From contig JAADVB010000041.1 in NCBI GenBank assembly GCA_023334545.1, positions 36,500-100,499 on the forward strand: 64,000 nucleotides of DNA, written 5' to 3'. Positions 59,478 through 64,000 of the stretch are shown one piece after another; position 1 is the first letter of the stretch; every line of letters begins with the position of its first letter. The DNA comes from Salisapilia sapeloensis CBS 127946. Its lineage: Eukaryota > Protista > Oomycota. The notes beneath the pieces were generated by a model. The model was not told the origin of the DNA. It made no database searches and was given only the letters and a program-made list of their open reading frames with translations. Both the position numbers and the translations under genes were made by a program.

Positions 59478-61031
59478 ATGGGAGGTCGCAATAAGCCCAA
59501 GAAGAGGTCAGCTCGGGGCGTCCCGAATCGGTCACGTCAAATGAAACAGGAGAAATTCCTGCAGGAGAAACGTGGACGTCTTAATTCCGTTGTGCAGCAG
59601 CTCGAGCGGCTAGAGGCTGGCAAAGAGGATGTCACTGCGACAGACGTCTTTCATGAAGTACGCAGCCTAGCTGTCGAGCCCTTTGGTCTGGTAAACGATA
59701 CCTTTCGGAGGAAGTTATGGCCATTCCTGTTGAACTTTTCGTCTGAAGAGTCTGATGCTAACGCGGTGGACAATACGTGGAATACTGAAGATCTACCGAA
59801 TGGCGATCAAATGACCGTCGAGAAAGACCTCGAGCGTTCATTATGGTATGCGCTACTCACGTTTATAGTAGTGTCGATTCTAGCTGACAATACATGGCAG
59901 GCATTATGATGTCGTCAAAGAGATCGAACCGAGTGCAAGGGAGGAAAAGCGCACTCATCTCTCAAACGCTATTGCCAAAGTTCTACACAAGAATCCAGAT
60001 CTGCACTACTACCAGGTACTCTTTTTTATTAAACTACATACCCTCTCCTTTAGTCATATGCAGTGGTAGGGCTATCACGACATTTGCTCCGTCTTCTTGC
60101 TCGTCTTTGACGACGAAGATGCCACTGCTACTGCCGTCGAGCAGGTTAGTCGCTCCTACCATCGGGAAGCTATGGGTTCTGGGTTTGAGAATGTGTTGTC
60201 CGTACTACGACTGCTCTTTCCTCTAGTCTCTTGCTTTGATCCAGAGCTATTCAAATACCTTGAACAGTCAGAAGTCGAGCCTTTCGTGGCCTTACCGTGG
60301 GTCATTACTTGGTTCGCCCACCAGTTTTCGAGTTTTGAGAACGTCACGCGCCTCTTCGACGCCTTCCTCGTCTCGCATCCTCTCTTCTCTCTTTACTATT
60401 CTGCTTCTGTACGTTGGATAAATGGTACATTGGTTCTTTCTACTGACGCTGGTAGTAGATGATGATATCCGAGAGAAACGTGATACTAGAATGCGAATGT
60501 GACTTTGGATGCATGCACAGTTTGTTATCAAAGCTACCGCATCGAACGCCATTGGAAGTGACACTAGCAAGAGCAGTGGTGATGATGGACAAGATGCCAC
60601 CGATGCAACTAGTCGAGATGGCATGTGATACAAAAGATAGCGTGCAAGTTCGGTAAGATCTTCATGATAACAGGACGCAGGTGGAGAGTAACAGTACGTA
60701 GGGAGATGACGTTCTTCGTCTATCCGTTTCCATTTCAAGAATCTTTTGGTGTGGAACGACATACCAAGCAGCTAGCAGAACTAGAAGAGAGATACCCATT
60801 GTACAGTAGTTATCTCGATACGCTTTGAAATGATACTGACGCATGTCTTGTAGGGAGGTCGTGGTATCGCCATCAAAGATCAGTACTCTACTCGTACGTA
60901 CACCTGATCACCATATCCAAATGACATAATGACATCGATTCTTGTAGTCATCCCCAATTGCGAGAACAACTATTGTTGCTGCAGCGGCAGTGATGCTAAC
61001 ATTTGCGCTTCGCATGTCGGAAGCAAGGTGA
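59478..61031 (+). CDS. TBC1D20: TBC1D20/Gyp8-like Rab GAP (multi-exon, C-terminal hydrophobic anchor)
   Basis: GLVNDTFRRKLWPFLL...VEKDLERSL/W; LHYYQ/GYHDICSVFLL; FVALPWVITWFAH...VTRLFDAFLVSHPLF.LY. The predicted last exon is SSPIARTTIVAAAAVMLTFALRMSEAR*. Confidence 0.88.
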
Positions 61032-61145
61032 ATGGACATGAATGCAAGTACCTTGCTGTGTCAGTTGCAAGCTATAGGAACGATGTGTTTAGATCGTTGA
61101 GATAAAAAGAAATTGGACTTCCAAAAGAAAGATATTTACTTGACA

Positions 61146-61860
61146 CTACGAGTCTTCTTCATAGTATAGATAAGCTCGACAGAGTGGACAGCTTACGTCA
61201 TGATCCAGCCATTCCATCAAACAACCGAGGTGGAAATTTGTACGGTTGAGTCCGCAATTACATAGCGTTCGGACTTTGGGATTTTCCTAACGCATCTCAG
61301 ACATTAGCACACAACTTAATGCATGGTAAAATAAATGCACCTCTGAGAACCCATCCAGACACATGACACACTCCAAGGCCTCTGCTTTATCATCCACCTA
61401 CCACATACATCAGTCCATCTAAGTTTCATCGCTTCTTATCAGATGTACGTACGATGCCAGTGAGTTGCTGATATGTCTCTAAAGCTGATTTATGATCTGC
61501 TGCTGTTTCCTTATCTTCTCCAATTAGCCGATGATGGCTGCTGGTACCACTTGAGCTTGGACTCGTCAGTTTCTCCTTACTTTCTGGTGCCTGTACTGAG
61601 GGAGTAGATACTCTTGTAGCGGTGTTATCTGTAGCATTCAACCTGGCCTGCATAAGCAGCTGCCGTAATGCTGATACGTCTTCATCTCCTTGAATCTGAT
61701 CGGTCATGGAAATACTATCGGAAGTCGATTCGCTGCTTCCACTTCCAACAACGAAAGCGCTGCTATCTGTGCTTCGACTGCTCGGTTGTCGGCTGCTTAA
61801 CGCGCTGTCGGACCTTCGAGGGAGCTGTCGGTTGTGCGTACAGGAACACTGCTGCCCCAT
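61146..61860 (-). CDS. Predicted N-myristoylated/palmitoylated RING-CH (C4HC3)-type E3 ligase, 201 aa, 3 exons
   Basis: Exons 61860-61453, 61397-61341 and 61286-61146 (GT-AG, phase 0). N-terminus MGQQCSC; RING CVMCLDGFSEENPKVRTLCNCGLNRTNFHLGCLMEWLDHDVSCPLC. Confidence 0.85.
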
Positions 61861-63526
61861 AGTGCGAGTCGTTCGTGAACGATGTTATTTATCTTTGGAG
61901 AAGAACAGTTCTTATGTTAGAGAGGGTTATTAATCTATAGAGGAGCAATTTATTAAAAAGTAGAGTGAACCCAGGTTACCATTGCTTGCTCTTCTCTTCA
62001 AACGTGTCTGCAAATCGCTTCATCTTTTACAGCAGCATCACGAGGGACCTATCTGAATGGATTGATGGGATTTAACGAGAAAAGAGAAGAAAAGTGGCCG
62101 CAATGAGAATAGTTTCCGATTTTTAACTACTATTTCTTTAAAATATCCATAAAAATAATCTTCTTAAAATGTCGCTTTTCTTGTATTGATGCTTGACTGG
62201 CGACTTCCAACACCATAACAACCGAGAAAGCGGGTAGTTTTGGTCATTGGCATGCGTTACACAGATCAAACATGTTTTAATTCATCACTTGAAAGTTCAA
62301 GCGACCAAAGAGTTGGAACAAAGATATCAACGTAAATTTGTGTCCATGGGCGGAAATTTCGTCTTAGTGCATAGTATCATTCGGGTTAAAAAGCACTACG
62401 AATCACTATGCTCAGAATATAATGGTACAGCAATTCATCAGCTTGGATTTGTTGCTCGGACTGTAGTTGACTGATGCTTACAAATACTTAAGCATCAAGT
62501 AGTGAACGGTGACACGAATTGCATTAGAAGTGGAAATGGGAAACTACAACAGTTCGTTGAAGTAAATACAAGACAATTGCTGTCGTCAATACTACAATCT
62601 TATATTGGTCAAGCCTTTAACGGTTTTCGCTTTTCTTACTTCCTTCATACTAAGCTTAGAAGCGAATGGATTAGCTTATACAGGGAATGAATGCTTGTAA
62701 CAACGCAGAACTTCGCAACTATAAGACCATTATAAATGGGAGTATCCTTATTGGACGTACAAACTGATCAAAGAAGCGGTTCATACGCTCTCTTTGCATT
62801 TTAGTGTGTGACTTGGTGGCAATCTATCCCCGACCGTTAGCCTGCTCAATCGCTCGCTACCCAACCGCATACTTTGTCATCTAAGCTGTCTCGAGACATG
62901 GTACTCATCAACAATCTAGTGCTGTGGCATGGACTTTTAAAGTTCAAATTATAGAGCTACAATTTCATTCGAGCTGAACAATTGGGGGCAAAGAATCTAT
63001 CATTGGTAAGTGCAAGCCAGTCTTTCAGATGGATGGGCGATATTTGAAGTAGACTCGTAAATATCAAAGCCCGCGTCCAAGTGCATGGTTGCAAGATAAA
63101 TCGCGTCCACATAAAGCGAATACGGGCGGTCGCTTTTACTCACATGCGAGTACAATATAGAAAAATTGTGAGAGGACAAAATACTTTAATCTCGTGAAGA
63201 TTTTTTAACCCTGAGATATAGTGAGCCTCTTTGAATTGCTTCAACGGTCCCCAAAGCATCGCTTGCGTGGATACAATATCGTACTGTGAAAATGAAAGTC
63301 AATGTTGATTTAATTCATCCAAAGTATAAATATTAACACTGGAGAATATATTCAATACTACACAGTCCTTCATCTCAATCGACCGAAAGCATACTTCGGG
63401 ACCAAGACTCAAGACATGACGATCAAAGGAACCTTTGACCAAGCCTAGCGCTAACGACTACAAATCTTTGTAAACCAGAGTCAAATTTCAGGTATCACTT
63501 TTCTCACTTTGAAGTTCACATCGGCC

Positions 63527-64000
63527 TTAATCTTCCTGTCGGAGTCGCATCTCAGTCATCTTCAGCCACGCCAGCTGCCGACCACGCTCATTATCGTTGA
63601 GAGAAAGTTCCGAGATGCTACCTCTCCATACATTTCCAATCATCGTATCCAATTCGTCTTCACCGTCTTCTCCACCTTCCACAAGAGCATCATCATCCGA
63701 TGATCTTCTTCTGGCCTCAATTACCTCCGCGTTTTTATCGGACGCTGTCAACTTGGCAAATACATTGAGTGAATCCTTCGCCGAAGGGCTTGGTTGATCG
63801 GTCTCAAATTCGTATACCACACCAGCGCAAGACGCTTTGTCTAACAAGTCGCTCGGTTGCTCCGTTAGTTGTGAGATCCTTGCCGGCTCAACGGTGGTAG
63901 ACCCACTACCGTCGTGCTCATATCGTCCAGCTCGAATCTCTTCCACAGCCACCTTGTACGAGTTGACTTGTTCAATCAAGTGGTCACAAGCCGTGCAGAG
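63527..64000 (-). CDS. 3' end of an unknown protein entering from the right edge
   Basis: Open frame of at least 150 codons to TAA at 63527; acidic, low-complexity C-terminus; no family recognised. Confidence 0.6.
   Translation of the reverse strand, partial: LCTACDHLIEQVNSYKVAVEEIRAGRYEHDGSGSTTVEPARISQLTEQPSDLLDKASCAGVVYEFETDQPSPSAKDSLNVFAKLTASDKNAEVIEARRRSSDDDALVEGGEDGEDELDTMIGNVWRGSISELSLNDNERGRQLAWLKMTEMRLRQED

Noticed and set aside
2016-61860. Calling the whole window an immunity/ubiquitin island (DUF3638, E2s, CHAT-STAND, ankyrin, RING)
   Set aside because: These genes are interspersed with core housekeeping genes over ~60 kb; linkage alone is not evidence without conserved synteny.
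1-64000. tRNA, rRNA, snRNA, riboswitch or telomeric repeats
   Set aside because: None recognised by eye; small ncRNAs could be missed and need tRNAscan-SE/Infernal.

Overview
Gene-dense eukaryotic DNA, most consistent with an oomycete (stramenopile). The evidence is 52-90 nt GT-AG introns, an oomycete-type GT48 glucan synthase, an M96-like gene and a Phytophthora-type ankyrin gene. In order along the window: the 5' end of an SDR gene; a ~8-9 kb decayed DUF3638/DUF3645 gene; a TPR gene divergent from DNA polymerase alpha (E2F-like sites between them); NOL6/UTP22; three Ubc6/UBE2J-family E2 paralogs (two lack the membrane anchor); a divergent CYFIP/Sra1; SDHAF4; REEP/YOP1; an unassigned helical-repeat gene; a 1656-aa SAM-CHAT-STAND(NB-ARC)-TPR-KH protein; a GTF3C2-like WD40 gene with an AT-hook tail; an M96-like gene; an ankyrin gene; GT48 glucan synthase; PDX1 (7x GGCCCA upstream); TBC1D20; a lipid-anchored RING-CH-type ligase missed by the ORF track; and the 3' end of an unknown gene. 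The best candidate for an undescribed system is the NLR-like caspase-family protease with an RNA-binding KH/RG tail. No rRNA, tRNA, CRISPR array or intact transposon was recognised. All assignments come from motif recognition by eye; no searches were run.
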